This document shows, piece by piece, positions 35,854 to 44,714 of a DNA stretch of 64,000 nt. The stretch is from Clostridia bacterium. Lineage in GTDB: Bacteria; Bacillota; Clostridia; Christensenellales; CAG-138. The notes under the pieces were generated by a model. It worked only from the letters and a program-made list of their open reading frames with translations, was not told the origin of the DNA and ran no database searches. How positions within the stretch are numbered: the first letter of the stretch is position 1; every line of letters starts with the position of its first letter. The stretch spans positions 14,146-78,145 of the forward strand of contig JAUNJX010000006.1 of the NCBI GenBank assembly GCA_030533005.1. Direction: 5' to 3'. The position numbers and the translations under genes are program-made.

Positions 35854-38598
35854 TTACTTGCCCATCGCGTCGATGGCTGCCTTGACCTTTTCGGGCTTGG
35901 CGGGAATCTCGAACACGCGCGCGCCTGTAGCGTCATGGATGGCGGACAGGACGGCGGGATGCACGGCGGTGAGGGGGCCTTCGCCGCAGCCGGCAGCACC
36001 GTAGGGGCCGTCGGGACGGTAGGTCTCGGTGAAGATGAGGTTATAATCGTCGGGGATATCCAAGATGGTGGGGATACCCGCGCCAAGCAGCGTCGTATGC
36101 TTCTTATAATCCTCAAAGTCCTCGGTGAGCGCCAGACCCATGCCCTGTGCGCAGCCGCCGTAGGTGGAGCCTTCCACGACCAGCTTGTTGATGATGGTGC
36201 CGTAATCGGCAACGGTGGTGAACTTGATGATGCGGGTCTTGCCCGTCGCCATATCCACCTCCACCTCGGGGATAAAGAGCTGGTACATGTAATTGGAGAA
36301 GGGCGCGCCCTGTGCCGTGTCCGCGTCGCAGTCGGAGCACATGGAGGCCGTCCAGGAGCCCTCATAATAGGTGGGGATCTTCTCTGCTTCCATTTCGGCA
36401 TAGGTGCGATAGGTGCCATCGGGCTTCTTCATCGCCGCAAGCAGCATTTCGGAAGCTACGCGCACCGCGTTGCCGGTAACGGTGTTGGAGCGGCTGCCGC
36501 CCGCGGGGCCGGAGGCCGGGGTGTAGGCGGTGTCGTTCATCACGAGCTTGATGCGCTCCGGCGTGAAGCCCGCTGCGCGCAGCGTCTCATGCGCCATGGC
36601 GAGCGTACCCATATCAGCGCCCTGGCCGTGATCCTCCCAAGAATCGTATACGGTGACCGTATTGTCAGGATTGAGGCGGATGTTGGCGAACGAGCTATCC
36701 TTGCCGTCCAGACCGCAGCCGTATACGCCCACGGAGAAGCCAACGCCGTATTTCTTGCTGCCGTCGCTTTGAGCGTTCAGTTTCTTGGCGCGCTCCTTGG
36801 CCTCGTAATACACGGGGCGGGCTTTCTCAAACATGCCCTCTAAGCAGTACACCTCGGGGGTCTGGCCGGTAGGCGTGGTAGCGCCCTCACGGTAGATGTT
36901 CTTATAGCGCAGCTCGAAGGGATCCATGCCGAGCTTTTCCGCCAGCACATCCATGCAGACCTCGCTGCCCATGAAGGACTGCGGCGAGCCGTAGCCACGG
37001 AACGCGGAGCCCCATACATGGTTGGTGCATACGCAGTAGCTTGTGTTGCGGATATTGGGGATATCGTAGCCTGCACCCGTGAACTGGGAAAGGCGCATGG
37101 TCAGCAGATCGCCAAACTCGGAATACGGGCCGTGATCCACATAGTTTTCGCCCCACATACCCAAGAGCTTGCCGTCCTTGTTGGCGGCCATCTTGACGTG
37201 CATGAAGGCGGGAGAACGCTTGCCGGTGTAGGTCAGGTTCTGATACATATCATAGACCAGCGAAACGGGACGGCCATCCAGCGCCAAGCATGCCACACCC
37301 AGCAGGGATTCAGAGGTGGGGGAGAACTTGTAGCCGAAGGTGCCGCCGGCGTTGTTCTGGACGATGCGCAGCTTGTCGCCCTCGACGCCGATGCCGGTGC
37401 CGATCATGGCGGCATGCAGATGGATGCCGACGGACTTGGAGTGGATGGTCAGACGGCCTTCCTCATCCATGTAGGCATAGCCGCAGTCCGGCTCCAAATG
37501 CAGATGGGGCTGACGGGAGCAGTAGGATTCGATCTCGGCCACGCAATCGGCCTTTTGGAAGATGGGTTCTACCTCCTCGCCCTTGGCGCAGGTGGTATCG
37601 TAATAGACGTTGGGCGTGCCCGGATGGATCTCGATCGCGTCGGGCGCCTTTGCTTCCATCGCGCTCATGTAAGCGGGCAAGGGTTCGATGTCCACCTTGA
37701 CGGCCTTGGCGGCAGCCTTGGCATGCTCCACGGTATCCGCAGCGACCATGGCGACCGCGTCGCCGATCTGGAACACCTTCTCATCGCAGAGGATGGGACG
37801 ATCCCAGCCGTCGCCCTTGTTGTGGGTGGGGAAGAACACCAAACCGTTGATGCGGTTGTTGCCCTTGACGTCCTTGGCGGTAATGACCTTGTATACGCCG
37901 GGCATCTTTTCCGCTTCGGAGAAATCGATGCCCTTGATCTTGCCGTGCGGTATGTCAGACTGCACCAAGGCAAGGCGTGCGGTACCCTCGGGCATCTTGA
38001 GCGCGTCGTCCGCGCCGAAATCCCATGTGCCCATAACCTTCGCCATGGCGGAGGGGCGCACGAACTCGGTGCCTACGATCTTGTTGCCGACGGGCTTGAA
38101 GATCAGATCTTCCTTCTTCATTTCGCCGCGCATGACCTTGGCGGCGTCCATAACGGCGTCTACCAGAGGCTTATAGCCTGTGCAGCGGCAAAGGTTTTTG
38201 TGGTCGTAGAACCACTGGCGAACCTCCTCGCGGGTGGGGGAAGGATTCTCGGCCAACAGCGCCTTCGCGCTCATGATAAAGCCGGGCGAGCAGAAGCCGC
38301 ACTGCGCGCAGCCGTGACCCATCCATGCAAGCTGCAAGGGATGCAGGTTTTCGGGGCAGCCGACGCCTTCGATGGTCTCGATTTGCGTACCGTCCTCAAG
38401 CTTGCTCATCTTGAGGATACATGCACGCTGCGCCTTGCCGTTGACCAGCACCGTACAAGCGCCGCACTGGCCTACGCCGCAGGATATCTTACAGCCCGTA
38501 AGGTGCTCCTGTTCGCGCAGAACCTTGGCAAGGGTATCGTTGGGATCGACGATAATCGCCTTGCGCGCCCCATTGATCGTTAATACCTTTTTGATCAT
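35854..38598 (-). CDS. mop: molybdopterin-dependent aldehyde oxidoreductase, Mop type (2x[2Fe-2S] + Mo-pterin domains, no FAD domain)
   Basis: 914 aa. It is collinear with the Desulfovibrio gigas MOP sequence as I remember it (CGVGQCGACTV, GCAQCGFCSPGF, CRCTGYKP, GDGWDRPILCDEKVFQ, GGTFGYKFSPTSE, WGSAFRGYG). Confidence 0.9.
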   Translation of the reverse strand: MIKKVLTINGARKAIIVDPNDTLAKVLREQEHLTGCKISCGVGQCGACTVLVNGKAQRACILKMSKLEDGTQIETIEGVGCPENLHPLQLAWMGHGCAQCGFCSPGFIMSAKALLAENPSPTREEVRQWFYDHKNLCRCTGYKPLVDAVMDAAKVMRGEMKKEDLIFKPVGNKIVGTEFVRPSAMAKVMGTWDFGADDALKMPEGTARLALVQSDIPHGKIKGIDFSEAEKMPGVYKVITAKDVKGNNRINGLVFFPTHNKGDGWDRPILCDEKVFQIGDAVAMVAADTVEHAKAAAKAVKVDIEPLPAYMSAMEAKAPDAIEIHPGTPNVYYDTTCAKGEEVEPIFQKADCVAEIESYCSRQPHLHLEPDCGYAYMDEEGRLTIHSKSVGIHLHAAMIGTGIGVEGDKLRIVQNNAGGTFGYKFSPTSESLLGVACLALDGRPVSLVYDMYQNLTYTGKRSPAFMHVKMAANKDGKLLGMWGENYVDHGPYSEFGDLLTMRLSQFTGAGYDIPNIRNTSYCVCTNHVWGSAFRGYGSPQSFMGSEVCMDVLAEKLGMDPFELRYKNIYREGATTPTGQTPEVYCLEGMFEKARPVYYEAKERAKKLNAQSDGSKKYGVGFSVGVYGCGLDGKDSSFANIRLNPDNTVTVYDSWEDHGQGADMGTLAMAHETLRAAGFTPERIKLVMNDTAYTPASGPAGGSRSNTVTGNAVRVASEMLLAAMKKPDGTYRTYAEMEAEKIPTYYEGSWTASMCSDCDADTAQGAPFSNYMYQLFIPEVEVDMATGKTRIIKFTTVADYGTIINKLVVEGSTYGGCAQGMGLALTEDFEDYKKHTTLLGAGIPTILDIPDDYNLIFTETYRPDGPYGAAGCGEGPLTAVHPAVLSAIHDATGARVFEIPAKPEKVKAAIDAMGK

Positions 38599-38641
38599 GT
38601 TTTCTACTCTCCTCCTTGTTTTTAGTGGCTTTTATGTGAGT

Positions 38642-38660
38642 TGTTGAATCCGTTTCAACA
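38642..38660. promoter_or_regulatory. inverted repeat TGTTGAA-N5-TTCAACA in the mop divergent promoter region
   Basis: Read directly. It overlaps the candidate -35 regions of both divergent promoters (TGgTATACT at 38661-38669 on the plus strand; TTGAAA-16-CATAAA on the minus strand). Confidence 0.4.
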
Positions 38661-38696
38661 TGGTATACTGAAGCATCAAATCAGCAGGAGGTCACT

Positions 38697-39110
38697 ATGC
38701 AACACCCCAATGAGGAAATCGAGCTGCACATGGCGAACTGTATCGATTATCTTGCCGCCGTCGTCAACGCCCAAAATACGGCGGATTACGGTCAGCTTCA
38801 CGCAAAAATGCTCAACGCGCTCAATGCGCGGATGGATCTGATCTACGATAAGATCGAGACATCGCCCGAAAGCGATCAGCTGGCGGCGGAGGCGGTGACG
38901 ATGCTCGTCGAGCAGCCCCTTTCGGGTCGTATCTATACGCGCCATCTGCCCATGGACTACAAGGAAAACAGCAACGGCATCACCATACAGGGTGAGGATT
39001 TTCAGGGCAAGCCCGCTTCCATCGTGTTTTTATCCAATAACGCCGTTCAAAAAATCAAAGACCTGACCGGTCAGGGATGGGAAAAGCCGCGCTGCCATCA
39101 TGACGACTGA
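38697..39110 (+). CDS. hypothetical 137-aa protein, divergent from mop
   Basis: ORF with an AGGAGG RBS. The composition is protein-like, but I recognise no family motif. Confidence 0.55.
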   Translation: MQHPNEEIELHMANCIDYLAAVVNAQNTADYGQLHAKMLNALNARMDLIYDKIETSPESDQLAAEAVTMLVEQPLSGRIYTRHLPMDYKENSNGITIQGEDFQGKPASIVFLSNNAVQKIKDLTGQGWEKPRCHHDD

Positions 39111-39262
39111 TCGTCATAACAAAAACGGTCAAAAAGATACGCGGATTGAAACTGAATGATTAAGTTAATTTTATATGATATCCCGTCTACATTCAAGTTG
39201 TAATTGAATACAATTCGGTTGTTTTGCTTGGATTTAGCCGAAATAAGAGCAGCTTTCGCATG

Positions 39263-39303
39263 AACACAGCCCCGTGTGTACGCACGGGGCTGTGTTATTT
39301 TTT
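39263..39303 (+). terminator. intrinsic terminator
   Basis: AACACAGCCCCGTG-N6-CACGGGGCTGTGTT followed by ATTTTTTT. Confidence 0.65.
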
Positions 39304-39366
39304 TCACGATTTTTACGACTGTTCGGAAATATCGTATATGCGTTCAGCGATGTCGTCCCTCCAAGG

Positions 39367-42300
39367 CTACAGCGTCGTCTCGCCGGAAAAAACGAGCGCA
39401 ACGCCGCCGGTCAAGGTCACGGTATCATCGGTATACCGGATATAGAGATCGCCGCCCAGGAGCTTAACAAGGATGGTTTCGCCCTTTTGGCAGAAGCCGT
39501 TTTCCACTGCCGCCACCACAGCCGCGCACGCGCCGCTGCCGCAGGCCCAGGTTTCCCCGCTGCCCCGCTCCCATACCCGCATGCGAAGGGCGTTGTTGCC
39601 TAAAGGACGCACGAATTCCGTATTGACGCGTTCGGGGAAGATAGCGGCGTTTTCAAACAAGGGGCCGATAGCGGCCACATCCAGCGTATCCACATCGTCA
39701 TGGAACACCACGGCATGCGGATTGCCCATGGAAACGCAGGTGATCTCATACCCTTCGCCTATATCCACAGCCCGCTTTACAACGCGCGCGCCCGGCAGCG
39801 TCACGGGGATATCCGCAGCCAGCAGCGAGGGTCTGCCCATGTCCACCGTGGCGTGCGTCACCACGCCGTTTCGCTTGTGCAGACTGACGCGGCGTATGCC
39901 GCTGGGCGTTTCGATATCCATGCAGGTCTTATCCACAACGCCCTGATCGTAAGCGAGCTTTGCCGCACACCTCAGCGCGTTGCCGCCCACCTCGCCCGCG
40001 CTTCCGTCAAGGTTGTAGATATCCACGCGGATATCCGCCCTTTGGGACGGATACAGGAGTGCCACGCCCTCCGCGCCCACGCCAAAATGCCTGTCGCTTA
40101 GGCGCACGGCGAGCCCGGCCGGGTTCGCAATGTCATTATCCTTGCCCCAAACGCAGATATAATCGTTGCCGCACGCCTGCATCTTATAGAAGGTGATACG
40201 CTGACGCGCTTTGCGCAGCGCATTGATATCCACAAGCTCGATGTTGCTTTGGCTGTAGCGCTCCTTTAAGCTGCCCGCCACGGCGTTCGCGGTATCGATG
40301 CTCGTAAGGCAGGGTATGCTCTTTTCCACGGCCTTTCGCCGTATGCGCACGCTGTCCCGCGTGGGGATGCGCCCCTTGGCGGAGGTGGAGATCACATAAT
40401 CGATCTTGCCGCTGTCCAACAGCTCCAGTATCTGCTCGCTGCCCTCGTGAAGCTTGGGCACCTTGGTCACGGGGAAGCCAAAGTTCTCGATGGCGCGAGC
40501 CGTACCTGGCGTCGCGTACAGGGTGCAGCCCACGTTATAAAGCCGCTTTGCGGTAAAGCCGATCTCGTGCTGGTCGCTGTCGCGTACGGAGAGCAGCACG
40601 CCGCCCGCCCGCTTCATCTGATACCCCGCCGCCACAAGACCCTTATAGAGCGCCTCCGGCATGGTGGAGGCAAGGCTCAACACCTCGCCTGTGGACTTCA
40701 TTTCGGGGCCAAGCTGCGTATCCACATCCGTCAGCTTTTCAAAGGAAAACACAGGCACCTTGACCGCCACATACGGCGATACGGGATATAGACCCGTGCC
40801 GTAGCCGAGGTCTTGCAGCCTTTCCCCCAGCATCACGCGGGTCGCAAGCTCCACCATGGGCACGCCCGTCACCTTGCTGATGTAGGGTATGGTGCGCGAC
40901 GCCCTTGGGTTGACCTCGATGACATACAGCTCGTTTTGATAGATAAGATACTGCATGTTCACGAGGCCGACTGCGTGCAGACCCAGCGCAAGCTTGCGGG
41001 AGGATTCCACGATACAGCTTTGCATTTCATCGTCCACGTTCCACGCCGGATACACGGCGATAGAATCGCCCGAATGCACGCCCGCCCGCTCGATATGCTC
41101 CATAACGCCGGGAATGAGTATGTTTTCGCCGTCGCAGATGGCGTCCACCTCGATCTCCGTGCCCATCAGATATTGATCGATCAACACGGGATTGGTGATG
41201 CCTTGCGCAAGTATGATCGCCATGTATTCATGGATATCCGCGTCGTTGAAGGCGATGATCATGTTCTGCCCGCCCAGCACATAGGAGGGACGAAGCAATA
41301 CGGGGTAACCAAGATCATTCGCGGCCGCAATCGCCTCCTCCTCCGTCATAACGGTCTCACCCTTGGGGCGCTTGATGTTAAGCGCGTTCAAAAGCGCGTC
41401 AAAGCGTTCCCTGTCCTCCGCCGCGTCGATGCCGTCCGCGCCCGTGCCCAGTATGCGCACGCCTTGGTCGGATAAAAAGCGCGTAAGCTTGATGGCGGTC
41501 TGTCCCCCAAAGGCCACCACGGCGGCGCAGGGCTTTTCCGTCGCAATCACGCCCGCCACGTCCTCCGGCGTCAGGGGCTCAAAATACAGCCTGTCCGCCG
41601 TATCAAAATCCGTTGAGACCGTCTCGGGGTTATTGTTGACGATCACCACCTCATAGCCGCACGCCTTCAGCGCCCATACGCAGTGCACGGAGGCGTAGTC
41701 GAATTCGATCCCCTGCCCTATGCGGATGGGGCCGGAGCCGAACACCATCACGGTTTTGGCCGTGCTGTTGCGGGAGGCAAGAAACGCCGCGGCCTCGTTT
41801 TCCTCGTCATAGGAGGCGTAGAAATACGGTGTTTGCGCGGCAAACTCCGCCGCACAGGTGTCCACCATCCGGTATACCGGCAGGCGGGGCGCTTCGATGG
41901 GCTCCCCCGCTATGCGCGCTATGACCTTGTCGGGATATCCCGCCTTTTTGGCCGCAAGATACAGCGCCTGCGTCATAGGTTCCGCGCTCAAGCGTTCTTC
42001 GAGTGCAACAAGCTTGGCAAGCTTATACAAAAACCACCTGTCGATGCCCGTAGCCTCGTGGATCGTATCGATCGCAATGCCCGCGTGCAAGGACGCAAAC
42101 ACGGCAAACAGCCTTTGATCGTCGCAAACGCGCAGGCGCGCGCATAATTCGTCTTGAGAAAGCGCCATAAAGTCCGAACGCAGACAGTCATGGCCGATTT
42201 CAGCGCCGCGCACGGCCTTCATCAGCGCCTCCTCAAAGGTCGCGCCGATGGCCATGACCTCCCCCGTCGCCTTCATCTGCGTGCCAAGGGTGCGTTTGGC

Positions 42301-43401
42301 ATAAACGAATTTGTCAAAGGGCCATTTGGGGAACTTCACCACCACATAATCAAGCGCGGGCTCAAAGCAGGCGCAGGTCTTGCCCGTAACGGCATTGAGG
42401 ATCTCCGGCAGGCGATAGCCTATGGCGATCTTGGCCGCCACCTTGGCGATGGGGTAGCCGGTAGCCTTGGAGGCAAGCGCCGAAGAACGGCTCACGCGCG
42501 GATTGACCTCGATAACGGCATACTGGAAGGAATCCGGGTGCAGCGCAAACTGACAGTTGCAGCCCCCCTCGATGCCCAGCGCCGTGATGATATTGAGCGC
42601 GGCGCTCCGCAGCATCTGGTATTCCTTATCGGACAGCGTCACTGCGGGCGCGATCACGATGCTGTCCCCCGTATGCACGCCCACGGGATCGAAATTTTCC
42701 ATGGAGCAAACGGTGATCACGTTGCCCGCGCCATCCCGCATGACCTCGAACTCGATCTCCTTCCAGCCCGCGATGCACTGCTCCACCAGTATTTGACGGA
42801 TGGGGGAAAGGCGCAATCCGTTGTCCGCGATCCTTCGCAAGGCCGCCTCGTCCTCCACGATGCCGCCGCCGCTGCCGCCCAGCGTAAAGGCGGGGCGTAT
42901 GATGAGCGGATAGCCGATCTCGTTTGCAAACGCCACCGCGTCCTCGATGTCCTCCACCACCTTGGAAGGGATCACAGGCTCGCCGATGGAGGTCATGGTG
43001 TCCTTGAACATCTGCCTGTCCTCGGCCTTGTCAATGGTATCGGGCGTCGTGCCTAAGAGGCGTACATGGTGTTTTTCCAGGTAGCCTTCCTTGGCAAGCT
43101 GCATGGCAAGCGTCAGCCCCGTCTGCCCGCCGAGCGTGGGCAATATGCTGTCCGGCTTCTCCTTTTCGATGATGCGCTTGACGACGGTGGTGGTCAAAGG
43201 CTCTATGTATATCTTATCCGCCATATGCCTGTCCGTCATGATGGTGGCGGGGTTGGAATTGAGCAGCACCACCTCCACGCCCTCCTCCTTGAGCGCGCGG
43301 CAGGCCTGCGTGCCCGCATAGTCGAATTCCGCCGCCTGCCCGATCACGATGGGGCCGGAGCCGATCACAAGTACCCGCTGTATGCTTTTATCGCGCGGCA
43401 T
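39367..43401 (-). CDS. carB: carbamoyl-phosphate synthase large subunit fused in frame to a C-terminal DapF-like (diaminopimelate epimerase fold) domain
   Basis: 1344-aa uninterrupted ORF. The first ~1068 aa are canonical CarB (two ATP-grasp halves plus an MGS-like domain). The last 276 aa (39367-40197) align with DapF (FYKMQACGNDY, SMGNPHAV, ERGSGETWACGSGACAA). Confidence 0.9.
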   Translation of the reverse strand: MPRDKSIQRVLVIGSGPIVIGQAAEFDYAGTQACRALKEEGVEVVLLNSNPATIMTDRHMADKIYIEPLTTTVVKRIIEKEKPDSILPTLGGQTGLTLAMQLAKEGYLEKHHVRLLGTTPDTIDKAEDRQMFKDTMTSIGEPVIPSKVVEDIEDAVAFANEIGYPLIIRPAFTLGGSGGGIVEDEAALRRIADNGLRLSPIRQILVEQCIAGWKEIEFEVMRDGAGNVITVCSMENFDPVGVHTGDSIVIAPAVTLSDKEYQMLRSAALNIITALGIEGGCNCQFALHPDSFQYAVIEVNPRVSRSSALASKATGYPIAKVAAKIAIGYRLPEILNAVTGKTCACFEPALDYVVVKFPKWPFDKFVYAKRTLGTQMKATGEVMAIGATFEEALMKAVRGAEIGHDCLRSDFMALSQDELCARLRVCDDQRLFAVFASLHAGIAIDTIHEATGIDRWFLYKLAKLVALEERLSAEPMTQALYLAAKKAGYPDKVIARIAGEPIEAPRLPVYRMVDTCAAEFAAQTPYFYASYDEENEAAAFLASRNSTAKTVMVFGSGPIRIGQGIEFDYASVHCVWALKACGYEVVIVNNNPETVSTDFDTADRLYFEPLTPEDVAGVIATEKPCAAVVAFGGQTAIKLTRFLSDQGVRILGTGADGIDAAEDRERFDALLNALNIKRPKGETVMTEEEAIAAANDLGYPVLLRPSYVLGGQNMIIAFNDADIHEYMAIILAQGITNPVLIDQYLMGTEIEVDAICDGENILIPGVMEHIERAGVHSGDSIAVYPAWNVDDEMQSCIVESSRKLALGLHAVGLVNMQYLIYQNELYVIEVNPRASRTIPYISKVTGVPMVELATRVMLGERLQDLGYGTGLYPVSPYVAVKVPVFSFEKLTDVDTQLGPEMKSTGEVLSLASTMPEALYKGLVAAGYQMKRAGGVLLSVRDSDQHEIGFTAKRLYNVGCTLYATPGTARAIENFGFPVTKVPKLHEGSEQILELLDSGKIDYVISTSAKGRIPTRDSVRIRRKAVEKSIPCLTSIDTANAVAGSLKERYSQSNIELVDINALRKARQRITFYKMQACGNDYICVWGKDNDIANPAGLAVRLSDRHFGVGAEGVALLYPSQRADIRVDIYNLDGSAGEVGGNALRCAAKLAYDQGVVDKTCMDIETPSGIRRVSLHKRNGVVTHATVDMGRPSLLAADIPVTLPGARVVKRAVDIGEGYEITCVSMGNPHAVVFHDDVDTLDVAAIGPLFENAAIFPERVNTEFVRPLGNNALRMRVWERGSGETWACGSGACAAVVAAVENGFCQKGETILVKLLGGDLYIRYTDDTVTLTGGVALVFSGETTL

Positions 43402-44476
43402 GGGCTTTTCCCTCCTTCATGCTGTCACAAAAACGGTCAAACAGAAACGCCGTATCCTGCGGCCCCGCGCAGGCTTCGGGATGAAACTGCACGGAAAAGG
43501 CGGGGAACACCTCATAATCGATCCCCTCGCAGGTGCCGTCGTTGGCGTTGGTGAAGCTGACGCGGGCGCCCTTTGGCAGCGTATCGCCCATAACGCAGTA
43601 GCCGTGATTTTGGCTGGTGATGTACACGCGCCCCGTATCCTGCCTGCATGCGGGCTGGTTCGCGCCCCGGTGCCCGTATTTGAGCTTTTGCGTCCGCGCG
43701 CCAAAGGCGAGCGCCATCATCTGATGCCCCAGGCAGATGCCGAACATGGGTATGTTGGCGCTATACAGCTTTTGTATTTCCCGGATGATGGCGGTGTTCT
43801 CCGCCGGGTCGCCGGGGCCGTTGGATAGCATGACGCCGTCCGGCCGAAGGCTAAGGATGTGTTCCGCCGTGGCGGAGGCCGGCACGGTCACGACCTGCAG
43901 CCCGCGCCGCAGCAGCGAGCGCGCAATGTTGCGCTTGGCGCCGAAGTCCCAAAGCACCACGCGCATTCCCCCGTCCCCCTCCGTCGTTTCCGCCTTGGCC
44001 GTGACATGCTCCACCGCGTCCTCTATGGTATACGCGCGAAGCGCAGCAAGCGCTTCCGCGCTAAGCTCCGGCACGTCGCTTAGCCGCGCGTTCATCACCC
44101 CGTGCTCCCGCACGATGCGGGTGAGCCGCCGCACATCGATACCCGTAAGCGCAGGCACGTTTTGCGAAAGCAGGTAATCCTCCAGCCTGCCCGCCGCCCG
44201 GAAATTAGAAGGTGCATCACACATGTCACGCGCGATATAGGCACGAACATGGGATGCACCGCTTTCAAGATCCGCCGGGATCATACCGTAATTGCCGATT
44301 AAGGGGAATGTCTGCATGACGATCTGGCCGTAATAGCTTGGGTCGCTCAAGGTTTCCAGATACCCCGTCATACCCGTTGTAAATACAAGCTCGCCGCTCA
44401 CCTCATGCCACGCGCCACGGCGTTCGCCCGCGAAGGCCTGGCCGTTTTCCAGGATCAGATAGCCCGTCTCTCCCAT
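43388..44476 (-). CDS. carA: carbamoyl-phosphate synthase small (glutaminase) subunit
   Basis: I prefer the start at 44476 (GGAGGGG RBS; MGETGYLILENGQAFAGE...). GATase triad context GICLGHQ. It overlaps carB by 14 nt. Confidence 0.9.
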   Translation of the reverse strand: MGETGYLILENGQAFAGERRGAWHEVSGELVFTTGMTGYLETLSDPSYYGQIVMQTFPLIGNYGMIPADLESGASHVRAYIARDMCDAPSNFRAAGRLEDYLLSQNVPALTGIDVRRLTRIVREHGVMNARLSDVPELSAEALAALRAYTIEDAVEHVTAKAETTEGDGGMRVVLWDFGAKRNIARSLLRRGLQVVTVPASATAEHILSLRPDGVMLSNGPGDPAENTAIIREIQKLYSANIPMFGICLGHQMMALAFGARTQKLKYGHRGANQPACRQDTGRVYITSQNHGYCVMGDTLPKGARVSFTNANDGTCEGIDYEVFPAFSVQFHPEACAGPQDTAFLFDRFCDSMKEGKAHAAR

Positions 44477-44589
44477 TCTTCGCCCCTCCATGAATGAATT
44501 TTTATACATTTTCGCGCTTGCGGCATTTTTGCCTGTTTATCCGTCATTTTTTCAATTGCCGCAGCGTGTTTTTTCGCTCATTGTTGAAT

Positions 44590-44617
44590 ATTATACAGTT
44601 CCCCTGCAAATTTGCAA
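44590..44617 (-). promoter_or_regulatory. sigma-A type promoter for carAB
   Basis: Minus strand TTGCAA-16 nt-TATAAT. Confidence 0.45.
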
Positions 44618-44668
44618 GACTGAATATCTTTTTGTCTGCCACATCTTTTATGAGCTTTTCCACATAAA

Positions 44669-44700
44669 AGCACCCCGCCGTCCGAAAACGGCGGGGTGCT
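44669..44700 (-). terminator. intrinsic terminator after the thioredoxin-like gene
   Basis: Minus strand AGCACCCCGCCG-N8-CGGCGGGGTGCT followed by TTTTAT. Confidence 0.7.
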
Positions 44701-44714
44701 TGGCAAGCGAAACG

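Noticed and set aside
37018-38583. 521-aa plus-strand ORF antisense to mop (also 35935-36843 and the Pro/Ser/Arg-rich 35787-36419 frame)
   Set aside because: These are shadow ORFs of the mop coding frame. They have no motifs and a biased composition (G/A/R/H/L or P/S/R).
39098-39307. 69-aa minus-strand ORF and 73-aa plus-strand ORF (39224-39445) in the carB-downstream spacer
   Set aside because: Both run through the terminator hairpin at 39263-39296, lack an RBS and have an odd composition. The spacer is better explained as an AT-rich intergenic region plus terminator.
44580-44600. Possible ArgR (ARC-box-like) site TGTATAATATTCAA overlapping the carA -10; also looked for a PyrR binding loop in the carA leader
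   Set aside because: It resembles only half an ARG box and coincides with the -10 hexamer. No PyrR-type ARUCCAGAGAGGYU motif is seen. The evidence is too weak to call.
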